This document shows, piece by piece, positions 29,362 through 38,540 of a stretch of DNA of 64,000 bases. This DNA comes from an uncultured Verrucomicrobiae bacterium (lineage in GTDB: Bacteria; Verrucomicrobiota; Verrucomicrobiia; Chthoniobacterales; JAATET01): positions 192,001 to 256,000 of the forward strand of contig CAVRCI010000001.1 in the NCBI GenBank assembly GCA_963719495.1, in the 5' to 3' direction. Both the position numbers and the translations under genes were made by a program. A model generated the notes under the pieces. The model had not been told where the DNA came from and made no database searches. It saw nothing but the letters and a program-made list of their open reading frames with translations. The number at the start of each line of letters is the position of its first letter. The first letter of the stretch is position 1.

Positions 29362-30287
29362 GATTCCTCATCCCAGCTCTCACCCTTCTGACGTCCTTCA
29401 TTGCCCACGCGGAACCCACCCCGCCCGCACCGCTCACCGCCGCCGTCCTCGACTTTGCCACGACCGGCGAAGCGCTCGAAGGCCGCGGCAACGAGGTCGC
29501 CACCCTGCTCGCCGCCCACCTCTCGACCTCGCCCGATCTGTTTCTCGTCGAGCGGCAGGAACTCGATCAACTCCTCGGAGAGCAGGAACTCAGCCTCTCC
29601 GGGACGGTCGACCCCGCCACCGCGGCCCGCGTCGGAACGATCACCGGCGCGAAGGTCCTCGTGACCGGACGGCTCTTCACGTCGGGCAAAACTCACTACC
29701 TCGTCGCCAAAATCATCGGCACCGGGACCACCCGGATGTTCGGCGAAGTCGTTCCCTTCGGCGACCTCGGCACCCTCGACCAAGCCACCGCCACCCTCGC
29801 CCCCAAGGTCGCCGACGTCATCAGGCGGCAAAGCCAGGCGCTCGCCGCTCCACCCGCCGATCCAGCCGCGCTCATCGAAAGTCTGCGCGAGGCGGTCGCG
29901 AACCAATCCCTGCCAACGGTCTCCGTCGACATCGCGGAAGAACACATCGGCCAGACCACCATCGACCCCGCGGCCCAGACCAAGCTCCAGAACCTGCTCG
30001 CCGCCGTCGGTTTCGAAGTCATCGATCCCACCACCAGCACCGCCCCGCCCGACGTCACCATCAGCGGCGAAGCCTTCAGCGAATTCGGTTCCCGCCGCGG
30101 GGCCCTCGTCTCGTCACTCGCCCGCGTGGAGATCAAAGTCACCCGCAACGCCGACGGCGCCCTCCTCCTGGCCGACAGTCAGGCCGACGTCGCGGTCAAC
30201 CTCGCCGAAAACATCGCCGCCAAGGAGGCTCTCGAAAATGCCGCGCGCAAACTCCTCCCCCGCATCGTCCCCACCCTCGTTCCCTGA
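29358..30287 (+). CDS. CsgG/HfaB family secreted protein
   Basis: AAVLDF, LVERQELDQLLGEQELSLSG, VGTITGAKVLVTG. Confidence 0.82.
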   Translation: MRFLIPALTLLTSFIAHAEPTPPAPLTAAVLDFATTGEALEGRGNEVATLLAAHLSTSPDLFLVERQELDQLLGEQELSLSGTVDPATAARVGTITGAKVLVTGRLFTSGKTHYLVAKIIGTGTTRMFGEVVPFGDLGTLDQATATLAPKVADVIRRQSQALAAPPADPAALIESLREAVANQSLPTVSVDIAEEHIGQTTIDPAAQTKLQNLLAAVGFEVIDPTTSTAPPDVTISGEAFSEFGSRRGALVSSLARVEIKVTRNADGALLLADSQADVAVNLAENIAAKEALENAARKLLPRIVPTLVP

Positions 30288-30291
30288 CTCC

Positions 30292-31288
<997 letters not shown>

Positions 31289-31293
31289 ATCCA

Positions 31294-31337
31294 CCGCCCG
31301 CCCCCGGACCGAAGTCGCCGGGACTTCGCCGGGCGGA
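31294..31337 (+). terminator. Hairpin after glnB
   Basis: ccgcccg...cgaagtc-gccgg-gacttcg...cgggcgg followed by attctt. Confidence 0.4.
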
Positions 31338-31358
31338 TTCTTCTCCAGCTGAGTTGTT

Positions 31359-32213
31359 ATGGAATGGTGGCACGCCGTCGTCCTCGGACTCGTCGAGGGA
31401 CTCACGGAATATCTCCCGGTCAGCTCGACCGGACATCTCATTCTCACCCAACGCCTGCTCGGCATCGAGTCGAATGAATCCGCGGACGCCTTCGCGATTT
31501 GCATTCAATTCGGCGCGATCCTCGCCGTTCTCGGTCTCTACTTCAGCCGCGTCCGGCAGATGGCCGAAGGCGCGCTCGGTCGCAATCCGGAAGGCTTCAA
31601 GCTCGGCTTGAACGTCGTCGCCGCGTTCTTCCCCGCCGCCATCGTCGGGCTCCTCCTCGAAAAACCAATCAAGAAATTCCTTTTCGGTGGCGACGCCTGG
31701 GGCCTCTGGCCGACCATCGCCGCCTGGCTCATCGGCGGGATCGTCATTCTCTTCGTCGCCGCCCGCCGCGATCGCGCGACGAAGACTCCCAACGCACCCG
31801 GATCGAAAGCCACGCTGCTGGAGCTCACCTGGAAGGGAGCCGTCATCATCGGCCTCATCCAGTGTCTCGCCATGTGGCCCGGCACGAGCCGCAGCCTCGT
31901 CACGATCCTCGGCGGCCTCGCCGTCGGGCTCAACCTCGCCGCCGCTGTCGAATTCAGCTTCCTCCTCGGCCTCCTCACCCTCACCGCCGCGACCGCCTAC
32001 GATGGCCTCAAGCACGGCGGCGAAATGCTCGCGCAATTCGGCCCGCTCCCGCTCATCCTCGGCCTCATCGCCGCCTGGATCAGCGCCTTTTTCGCGGTCA
32101 AATGGATGGTCGACTACCTGAACCGCCACAGCCTCGCCGTCTTCGGTTACTACCGCATCGGATTGGCGATCGTCGTCACCGCCCTCATTCTCACCGGAAC
32201 GCTCACCTTCTAG
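31359..32213 (+). CDS. uppP: Undecaprenyl-diphosphate phosphatase (BacA)
   Basis: EGLTEYLPVSSTGH, PGTSRS, AVEFSFLL. Confidence 0.95.
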   Translation: MEWWHAVVLGLVEGLTEYLPVSSTGHLILTQRLLGIESNESADAFAICIQFGAILAVLGLYFSRVRQMAEGALGRNPEGFKLGLNVVAAFFPAAIVGLLLEKPIKKFLFGGDAWGLWPTIAAWLIGGIVILFVAARRDRATKTPNAPGSKATLLELTWKGAVIIGLIQCLAMWPGTSRSLVTILGGLAVGLNLAAAVEFSFLLGLLTLTAATAYDGLKHGGEMLAQFGPLPLILGLIAAWISAFFAVKWMVDYLNRHSLAVFGYYRIGLAIVVTALILTGTLTF

Positions 32214-32216
32214 AGC

Positions 32217-32248
32217 AATCCAAAATCGGAAAACGAAAATCCAAAATT
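32217..32248. repeat. 7-mer tandem array (AATCCAA type)
   Basis: aatccaaaatcggaaaacgaaaatccaaaat. Confidence 0.75.
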
Positions 32249-32253
32249 CAACC

Positions 32254-32640
32254 ATCCTCCCCGACCTCCAAGCCTGCGTGCTCTGCGAGGACGTCCGCGC
32301 CGAGGCCAGCGGTCAGCAAACCCTCGTCGGCGTCATTACGGCGATCCCCGCGCAGACGCTCCCGATCGCTTTCTTCAAGCTCTGCCTCTGGGCACGCTGG
32401 TCCGGCGGCGAGGGCCGTTTCCGTCAGCGGGCCGCCATCATCGCCCCCGACGACCAGACGAAACTCGCCGAGTTCCAGGTCGACTTCCAACTCCAGGAAA
32501 TGAGCGCCAACGCCACGAACGTGCACGTTTTCGGCGGTCTGCGCTTCGAGGAAGCGGGCCTCCATTCCATCGAGGTCTACCTCGACGACGAACTTCAGCT
32601 CCGCATCCCGCTGGCGGTCATTCTCGTCCAAGGGAACTGA
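32254..32640 (+). CDS. Small beta-sandwich hypothetical protein (DUF6941-like); start codon uncertain
   Basis: ILPDLQACVLCEDVRAEASG..LVGV; no in-frame ATG nearby. Confidence 0.65.
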   Translation: MLPDLQACVLCEDVRAEASGQQTLVGVITAIPAQTLPIAFFKLCLWARWSGGEGRFRQRAAIIAPDDQTKLAEFQVDFQLQEMSANATNVHVFGGLRFEEAGLHSIEVYLDDELQLRIPLAVILVQGN

Positions 32641-32702
32641 CGCCGCTCCTTGTTGCCACCGCGCTTGCAGGGCCGAAAACCACCGGGTAAAGTTTCCGTC
32701 CC

Positions 32703-33470
32703 ATGCGTAAGTCGCCGTTCTGGATCATTCTCCTCGCACTCGTCGCAGTGTTGATCGGAGCGCCGACCGAACAAAAGGCCCGCGTCCGTCTCGCCGACGG
32801 GTTCGATTTCCCCGTCGGCAAGCCCAACGCCGACAAATACTACAAAGCCCGCGGCATGCGCCCCAATGGCCACCTTGGCGAGGATTGGAACGGCATCCGC
32901 GGCGGGAATTCCGACCTCGGCGATCCCGTCTGGTCCGTCGCCCACGGCATGGTGCTCCTCGCCAAGGACATGCGCAAAGGCTGGGGCAACTCCGTCATCG
33001 TCCGCCACGTCTACCTCGAAGGGAACAATCTCGTCGCCCTCGACGCGATGTACACTCACCTCGACGCCATCAACGTCAAGGTCGGTCAGCAGGTCGAACG
33101 CGGCGAGCAAATCGGCACCATCGGATCGAATCGCGGCATGTACACCGCCCACCTCCACTTCGAGATGCGAAAAAATCTCAACATCGGCATGAACCGGTCC
33201 GCCTTCAGCCGGGGCTACGAAAATTACTACAACCCCACCGAGTTCATCACCAAACACCGCCAGACCCCCGGCGGCAAACGCAGCGAGCTGATCGCCATCA
33301 ACACCTTCGGCGACGGCCAGGTCGTCAGCGAAGACCGCAGCGATGAATCCGAGGTCAGCACCGCCAAAAACGAAGACCGCGCCCCCTCGCCCCCCAGCAG
33401 CGTCCGCCCCAGCGGCAAACGCAAAAGTACCTTCCGAGTCGACCGCTTCGACGAGGTCGACTCGCTTTAA
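32703..33470 (+). CDS. M23 family metallopeptidase
   Basis: HLGED (HxxxD), YTHL, AHLHFE (HxH); signal peptide. Confidence 0.9.
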   Translation: MRKSPFWIILLALVAVLIGAPTEQKARVRLADGFDFPVGKPNADKYYKARGMRPNGHLGEDWNGIRGGNSDLGDPVWSVAHGMVLLAKDMRKGWGNSVIVRHVYLEGNNLVALDAMYTHLDAINVKVGQQVERGEQIGTIGSNRGMYTAHLHFEMRKNLNIGMNRSAFSRGYENYYNPTEFITKHRQTPGGKRSELIAINTFGDGQVVSEDRSDESEVSTAKNEDRAPSPPSSVRPSGKRKSTFRVDRFDEVDSL

Positions 33471-33531
33471 GGCGATACGCAACCGAGCCACAACCCGTTC
33501 CCGCTCGACCAGGCAGACCCCCGCCGCAACG

Positions 33532-33571
33532 AATCCAAACCTGTCATGCTGAGCGAAGCGAAGCATCTCTG
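33532..33571 (+). repeat. Short dispersed repeat TGTCATGYTGAGCGAAGCGAARCATCT, copy 1
   Basis: Near-identical copy at about 43082-43122. Confidence 0.85.
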
Positions 33572-33642
33572 GCTGGCACCGCACCCCGACGCGACCGCAC
33601 GGACACAAGCCGCGCCTCACCCGCCGCCAGTCAGCGGAGCCT

Positions 33643-34941
33643 TTAAGCCCGACCGATCGAGTGATAGGTGAAGCCGTGGCCACGAACGGTCGCCGGATCG
33701 AATAGATTCCGTCCATCGAAGATCAACGGCGTGTGCATCCGCTTCTTCAACTCATCGAAATTCGCGGTGGCAAATTCGTGCCACTCGGTCGCGATGATCA
33801 ACGCCTCGGCACCCTCGGCTGCCGCCATCGCGGATTCCGCGAGCTTCGCGCCCTCGATCATCTTGTATTCCCGCGACTTCTCCATGCCCTTCGGATCGTA
33901 GGCGGTCACGTCCGCGCCTTCCTTGATCAGATCGTTGATCACGTCGACGGCGACCGATGTGCGGACGTCATCCGTGTCGGGCTTGAAGGTGATTCCCCAC
34001 ACCGCGATTTTCTTGTCGCGAAGCACCCAGAGGGCCTCGCGGATTTTCGCCAGAAAACGGTCCCGCTGATCCCGATTGATCTTCTCGACCTCCTTGAGCA
34101 GCGTGAACGGCACGCCGAGTTGATCGCTGATCGCGATGAACGCCGCGATGTCCTTCGGAAAACACGAGCCGCCGTAGCCGATGCCGGCGTTGAGGAAATT
34201 CCGTCCGATCCGCTTGTCGGACCCGATGCCGTCGGCCACCTTCTCGACGTCGGCTCCGCTGGCCTCGCAGATCTTCGACACCGCGTTGATGTAGGAGATC
34301 TTGAGCGCGAGGAACGAATTCGCCGCGTGCTTGATCAGCTCCGCGCTGTTGACGTCGGTCACGATGATCGGGGCCATGAAGGGCTCGTAGATCTGGCGCA
34401 TCAGGTTGGTCGCCCGGTCGCTCGACGAGCCGATCACGACGCGGTCGGGATTCATGAGATCGGGCACGGCGCAGCCTTCGCGGAGAAATTCCGGATTGCT
34501 CACAACGTCAAAGTCGGCACCGGCCTGGTTGTAGCGACGAATCGTCTCGGCCACCTTCTCGCCGGTCTTCACCGGAACGGTGCTCTTGTCGACGATCACG
34601 CGATACTCCTTGAGCACGCCGGCGATCTCGCGAGCGACCCGCTCGATGTAGGAGAGATCCACGCTGCCGTCGGGCTGTGGCGGCGTCGGCACCGCGATGA
34701 AGACGACCTCGGACTCGTCGACTCCCTCTTCGATGCTGGCGGTAAATTTGAGACGGCCCGCACTCACGTTCTTCGTAACGATTTCCTCCAAACCGGGCTC
34801 GTAGATCGGAATCTGTCCGGAGCGCAGCATCTCGACCTTGCGACTGTCGTTGTCGACGCAGATGACGTGGTGGCCGACTTCCGCGAAGCAAGCGCCCGAG
34901 ACCAGGCCGACGTAACCAGAACCAATAATACAGAGTTTCAT
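33643..34941 (-). CDS. ugd: UDP-glucose 6-dehydrogenase
   Basis: GSGYVG, KSTVPV, NPEFLREG, GYGGSCFPKD, FKPDTDD; ATG 34941. Confidence 0.95.
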   Translation of the reverse strand: MKLCIIGSGYVGLVSGACFAEVGHHVICVDNDSRKVEMLRSGQIPIYEPGLEEIVTKNVSAGRLKFTASIEEGVDESEVVFIAVPTPPQPDGSVDLSYIERVAREIAGVLKEYRVIVDKSTVPVKTGEKVAETIRRYNQAGADFDVVSNPEFLREGCAVPDLMNPDRVVIGSSSDRATNLMRQIYEPFMAPIIVTDVNSAELIKHAANSFLALKISYINAVSKICEASGADVEKVADGIGSDKRIGRNFLNAGIGYGGSCFPKDIAAFIAISDQLGVPFTLLKEVEKINRDQRDRFLAKIREALWVLRDKKIAVWGITFKPDTDDVRTSVAVDVINDLIKEGADVTAYDPKGMEKSREYKMIEGAKLAESAMAAAEGAEALIIATEWHEFATANFDELKKRMHTPLIFDGRNLFDPATVRGHGFTYHSIGRA

Positions 34942-34984
34942 GTGAATGGAGTGAGTTGAGAGAAGGGAGAAGTCTCGAAATCGA

Positions 34985-37459
34985 TCACTGGGCACCGTCG
35001 CCACCCAGGGGCGTCGTGGCCGGATCGTACGCGAGGGGGAGAGAAATCTGCGGCGCGTCCTTGAGCGACATGGTCAACACGAGACCGTATTCCGTGTCGC
35101 CGCCCCGGTTTTCCCGGACCTCGCCGCCGAAGGACATGATCCACGCCGAAAGGTCCCGGTGGACGGAATACCGTTGGAAGAGCAGCAGATTGTCCTCGGC
35201 TTCGTAGGTGCCCTGCGCGCTCACGCCCCAATGCGGATTCACTTGGTAGTAACCGTAGGCGGAGAGCTGATTGCTGTCCTGGAAGAAAGGGTTGTCCTCG
35301 ATGTATCGGTTGCTGAACTGAAGCAACAGATCCCGCATCGGCATGAACAGGATGGACGTGTTGATGTCGGTGAACCCGTCGTCGGTGATCGGCGTTTGCG
35401 CGTCCATTCGGAACGACGCCCAGGGGAGCGGCTTGAACTCGATGCGGTTCACGACGTTCGAGACGTCACCCGCGCCGTTGTCGAGGTAGGGGTCGTTGAA
35501 ATTGATGTCGAAGAACGAGTCGATCACGAACCATTCCCAATTACTGTCCCCCCGGCGGGTCGTGAATCGGTTGCGGCTGCCCAGCCGCACGATGCTCCAA
35601 TCGTCGATCGAGTCGATCGCGACGAACTGCGGGAAATCGAGCGGCAGCGGCTCGGTCGAGGGTACGACGCGGTCGAACTGCAAAATCTGATCCCGCGAAT
35701 CGCCGAGGTTCTCGACGTAGGAAAAATTCACGTAGGGCTGATTCGTGTGCAGAACGCCGTCCAGGCCAAGCATCCGCGACTGGATCGCCTCGTATTTTTT
35801 CGACAGCTTGAACGACGCTTCGAGTCCAGCGTTGAAGACCGGGCGCAACGTAGCCCCTCCCGACTGCAGTTCGCGACCGCGCAGGTCGGTTCCGTTCTCG
35901 ATGAGCGAGGCCTGAGTATCCAGCGATTGGGCCGTCGCGAGCTGCGCCTGCTGGGAATTCGCCAACGCGGCGATCGACTGCTGCAGGCGGGCCCGCTGCA
36001 CCGGATTCTGCGAATTCTCCAGCGCGGCTTCCTGTTCCGAAAGCTTCGCCGCGGTCTGGGCCGCCAGCGAACGCTGACTGTCCGCACGCCCGCGGATGTT
36101 GTTGATCTGAACCTGCTGCTGATCGCTCAGCACCGCGACGGTGCGGCCGGTCTTGCTGTAATACGTCCCGCGAATACCCATCCGGGGGATCACCGAGAGC
36201 CAGCCGAAATACGTCCGGGCGTGGGAGATCTGGTGAAAGGTATCGAAGCGCGTCGCTTCGTAATCCGGGAAGATCGATCCATCCGCAAAGGCGCGCTTGT
36301 ATTGCCCGACGCTGGACTCGCCGTCGTAATAAATCGGCAGGCCAAAGAGCTGGTGCTGCTTGAAGTCGATCGCCAGCTCGGGGAGTCGCTCCGTCGTCTC
36401 GTAGAAATCGTTCACCTGGAAGCGCGTCAGCAGCGTGATCGTGTAGAATTCGTTCCACTTGGTCAGCGAAAGGAAGTTGTCCGGCTGCGGATCGGTTCGG
36501 AATTCGTTCGGGTAGTAGTCTTCGAGGAAATCGATGTCGCTCAGGGCGTTGATGTCCGCCGTCGCGTAGATGTCGTCGGTCACGAACAGCCGGTGCTGGA
36601 AGCTGATCCGATAGCGGTCGCTCTCACCTTCCTCCGGCGGCTCGCCCCGCCCACCGACTCGATCCTCCGGGTCGATGTCGTTCGCGTAGTAGGCGCGGAA
36701 AGTTCCGTAGCTCCGGTCGTCGAGACCGTATTTGAAGTCCGCGTCGAACCCGACGCCGAAGCCCAGCTCGGTGCGGTAATCCGTGTTCACCGTGCCGATG
36801 ATCGCCCCGCTCCGCCCAATCGGGAAGCTGTAGCCGACCAGAGTGTAATAGCCGACCCGCGAGTCGTAACCCGGCCGGATCGTGAACCCGGTGTTATTCG
36901 TGAAGGCGAACAGGTAAGGGAAGTAGAAGACCGGGACATTCCCGATGTAAAAGACCGAGTCCGTGAAAACGACCCGCGAGTCCGGGTAGATCCGCACCTT
37001 CTTCGCCTTGATCCGGAAATCCGGCTGGGACGAGTCGTCCGTCGTGAACGTCGCATTCGTGACGTTGAACTGATTCAACGACGGAGCCTGCAGACTGAGC
37101 GCCCGGAATTTGAGCGGAAAACTCTCGCCCGTCATCTCGAGCGCGCGGATCTGCTTGCTCTCGAGGTTGTAGAGCGCACGCTGACTCGTCAGCAGATTGT
37201 CCGCCGTGTAGATCCGGACGTCGCCAATGAGCAGGACGTCCCGCGTGTCGGGATTATACTCCGCGTAATCCGTGTAGATGCTGATGTCCTGATAGTGGAT
37301 CTGGACGTTGTCTTCGGCGACCGCGACGCCACCCTCGAACCGGGTCTCGCCATCCGCAGTGATCTCGACCGGCACATCGCCGAAGCTGCCAAACTGGGCC
37401 GACGCCGTCGACGACAGCCCGCCAAACACCAATACCAACAGCCAACGCAACCTCATCAT
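34985..37459 (-). CDS. lptD: LPS-assembly protein LptD
   Basis: Signal peptide, OstA-like jellyroll (VEITAD, VPVFYFPY), amphipathic barrel strands; ATG 37459. Confidence 0.85.
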   Translation of the reverse strand: MMRLRWLLVLVFGGLSSTASAQFGSFGDVPVEITADGETRFEGGVAVAEDNVQIHYQDISIYTDYAEYNPDTRDVLLIGDVRIYTADNLLTSQRALYNLESKQIRALEMTGESFPLKFRALSLQAPSLNQFNVTNATFTTDDSSQPDFRIKAKKVRIYPDSRVVFTDSVFYIGNVPVFYFPYLFAFTNNTGFTIRPGYDSRVGYYTLVGYSFPIGRSGAIIGTVNTDYRTELGFGVGFDADFKYGLDDRSYGTFRAYYANDIDPEDRVGGRGEPPEEGESDRYRISFQHRLFVTDDIYATADINALSDIDFLEDYYPNEFRTDPQPDNFLSLTKWNEFYTITLLTRFQVNDFYETTERLPELAIDFKQHQLFGLPIYYDGESSVGQYKRAFADGSIFPDYEATRFDTFHQISHARTYFGWLSVIPRMGIRGTYYSKTGRTVAVLSDQQQVQINNIRGRADSQRSLAAQTAAKLSEQEAALENSQNPVQRARLQQSIAALANSQQAQLATAQSLDTQASLIENGTDLRGRELQSGGATLRPVFNAGLEASFKLSKKYEAIQSRMLGLDGVLHTNQPYVNFSYVENLGDSRDQILQFDRVVPSTEPLPLDFPQFVAIDSIDDWSIVRLGSRNRFTTRRGDSNWEWFVIDSFFDINFNDPYLDNGAGDVSNVVNRIEFKPLPWASFRMDAQTPITDDGFTDINTSILFMPMRDLLLQFSNRYIEDNPFFQDSNQLSAYGYYQVNPHWGVSAQGTYEAEDNLLLFQRYSVHRDLSAWIMSFGGEVRENRGGDTEYGLVLTMSLKDAPQISLPLAYDPATTPLGGDGAQ

Positions 37460-37514
37460 TCGGAAGGGCGAGGCTACGGAGCAAAGAACCCCGCGCAAGG
37501 AAAATCCCGGCAAA

Positions 37515-38489
37515 TCAATCCCCGTATCCGGTCGGATTCTTCAAGTGCCACGCCCAGGCGCTTTCGATGATTTTCCGGATATCCTGATACTTGGGTTCCC
37601 ACCCGAGTTCGGCGCGGATTTTGTCCGAAGCGGCGATCAAGCGCGGCGGATCGCCAGCCCGGCGCGGCTTCTCCACGATCGGGATGTCCTTCCCGGAGAC
37701 CGCCCGGCACGTGTCGATGATCTCGCGCACCGACGTCCCACCACCGGTTCCCAGGTTGTAGAACGCGCTCTTCCCGGCATCGAGCGCCCGCATGTGCGCG
37801 TCGGCCAGATCGAAGATGTGAATGTAGTCGCGAATGCACGTCCCGTCGGGTGTGTCGTAATCCGTCCCGTAGATCTCCGCCGCCTGCTTCTGACCGAGCG
37901 CGACCTTGAGCACGTTCGGGATGAGGTGCGTCTCGATTCGGTGGTCCTCGCCAAATTTCTCGCTCGCCCCCGCCGCATTGAAATACCGCAACGCCACGAA
38001 CTTCAGATCGTGAATCTCGCCATACCAGCGCAGAATTTTTTCGAACAACAACTTCGACTCGCCGTAGGGATTGATCGGCACCTGCGGCAATGTCTCGTCG
38101 AGTGGCATCCGGTCCGGAATCCCGAAGGTCGCGCACGTCGACGAAAAGACGAGCCGCCGCACGTCGTTCGAGATCATGGCCTCGAGTAGATTGAGTCCGT
38201 GGCAGACGTTGTTGCGAAAATACTTCGCCGGATTCGTCATCGACTCACCGACCAGCGCGTTCGCCGCGAAGTGCATCACGGCGTCGGGCTTGTATTCCTG
38301 GATCGCGAGGCCGATCACCTTGGGGTCACTCAGGTCTCCCTCGAAAAAACGTGCCCGGGAATCGACCGCCTTCTGGTGACCTTCGGTGAGATTATCGAAG
38401 ACGCCGACCTTATGGCCCGCGTCTAGAAGCTGCTCCACGCAAATGCTACCAATGTAGCCCGCACCGCCCGTGACAAAAATTCTCTTCAT
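37515..38489 (-). CDS. galE: UDP-glucose 4-epimerase
   Basis: TGGAGYIGS, FSSTCA, YGESK, LRYFNAAG, DGTCIRDYIH. Confidence 0.95.
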   Translation of the reverse strand: MKRIFVTGGAGYIGSICVEQLLDAGHKVGVFDNLTEGHQKAVDSRARFFEGDLSDPKVIGLAIQEYKPDAVMHFAANALVGESMTNPAKYFRNNVCHGLNLLEAMISNDVRRLVFSSTCATFGIPDRMPLDETLPQVPINPYGESKLLFEKILRWYGEIHDLKFVALRYFNAAGASEKFGEDHRIETHLIPNVLKVALGQKQAAEIYGTDYDTPDGTCIRDYIHIFDLADAHMRALDAGKSAFYNLGTGGGTSVREIIDTCRAVSGKDIPIVEKPRRAGDPPRLIAASDKIRAELGWEPKYQDIRKIIESAWAWHLKNPTGYGD

Positions 38490-38540
38490 GCGCCGCGCAC
38501 CATACCGGGACAAACCACCCGATCAAGCTCACCGTTCGCT

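Noticed and set aside
29358..30287. Curli biogenesis operon
   Set aside because: No csgA/B-like repeat subunits or csgE/F are recognisable.
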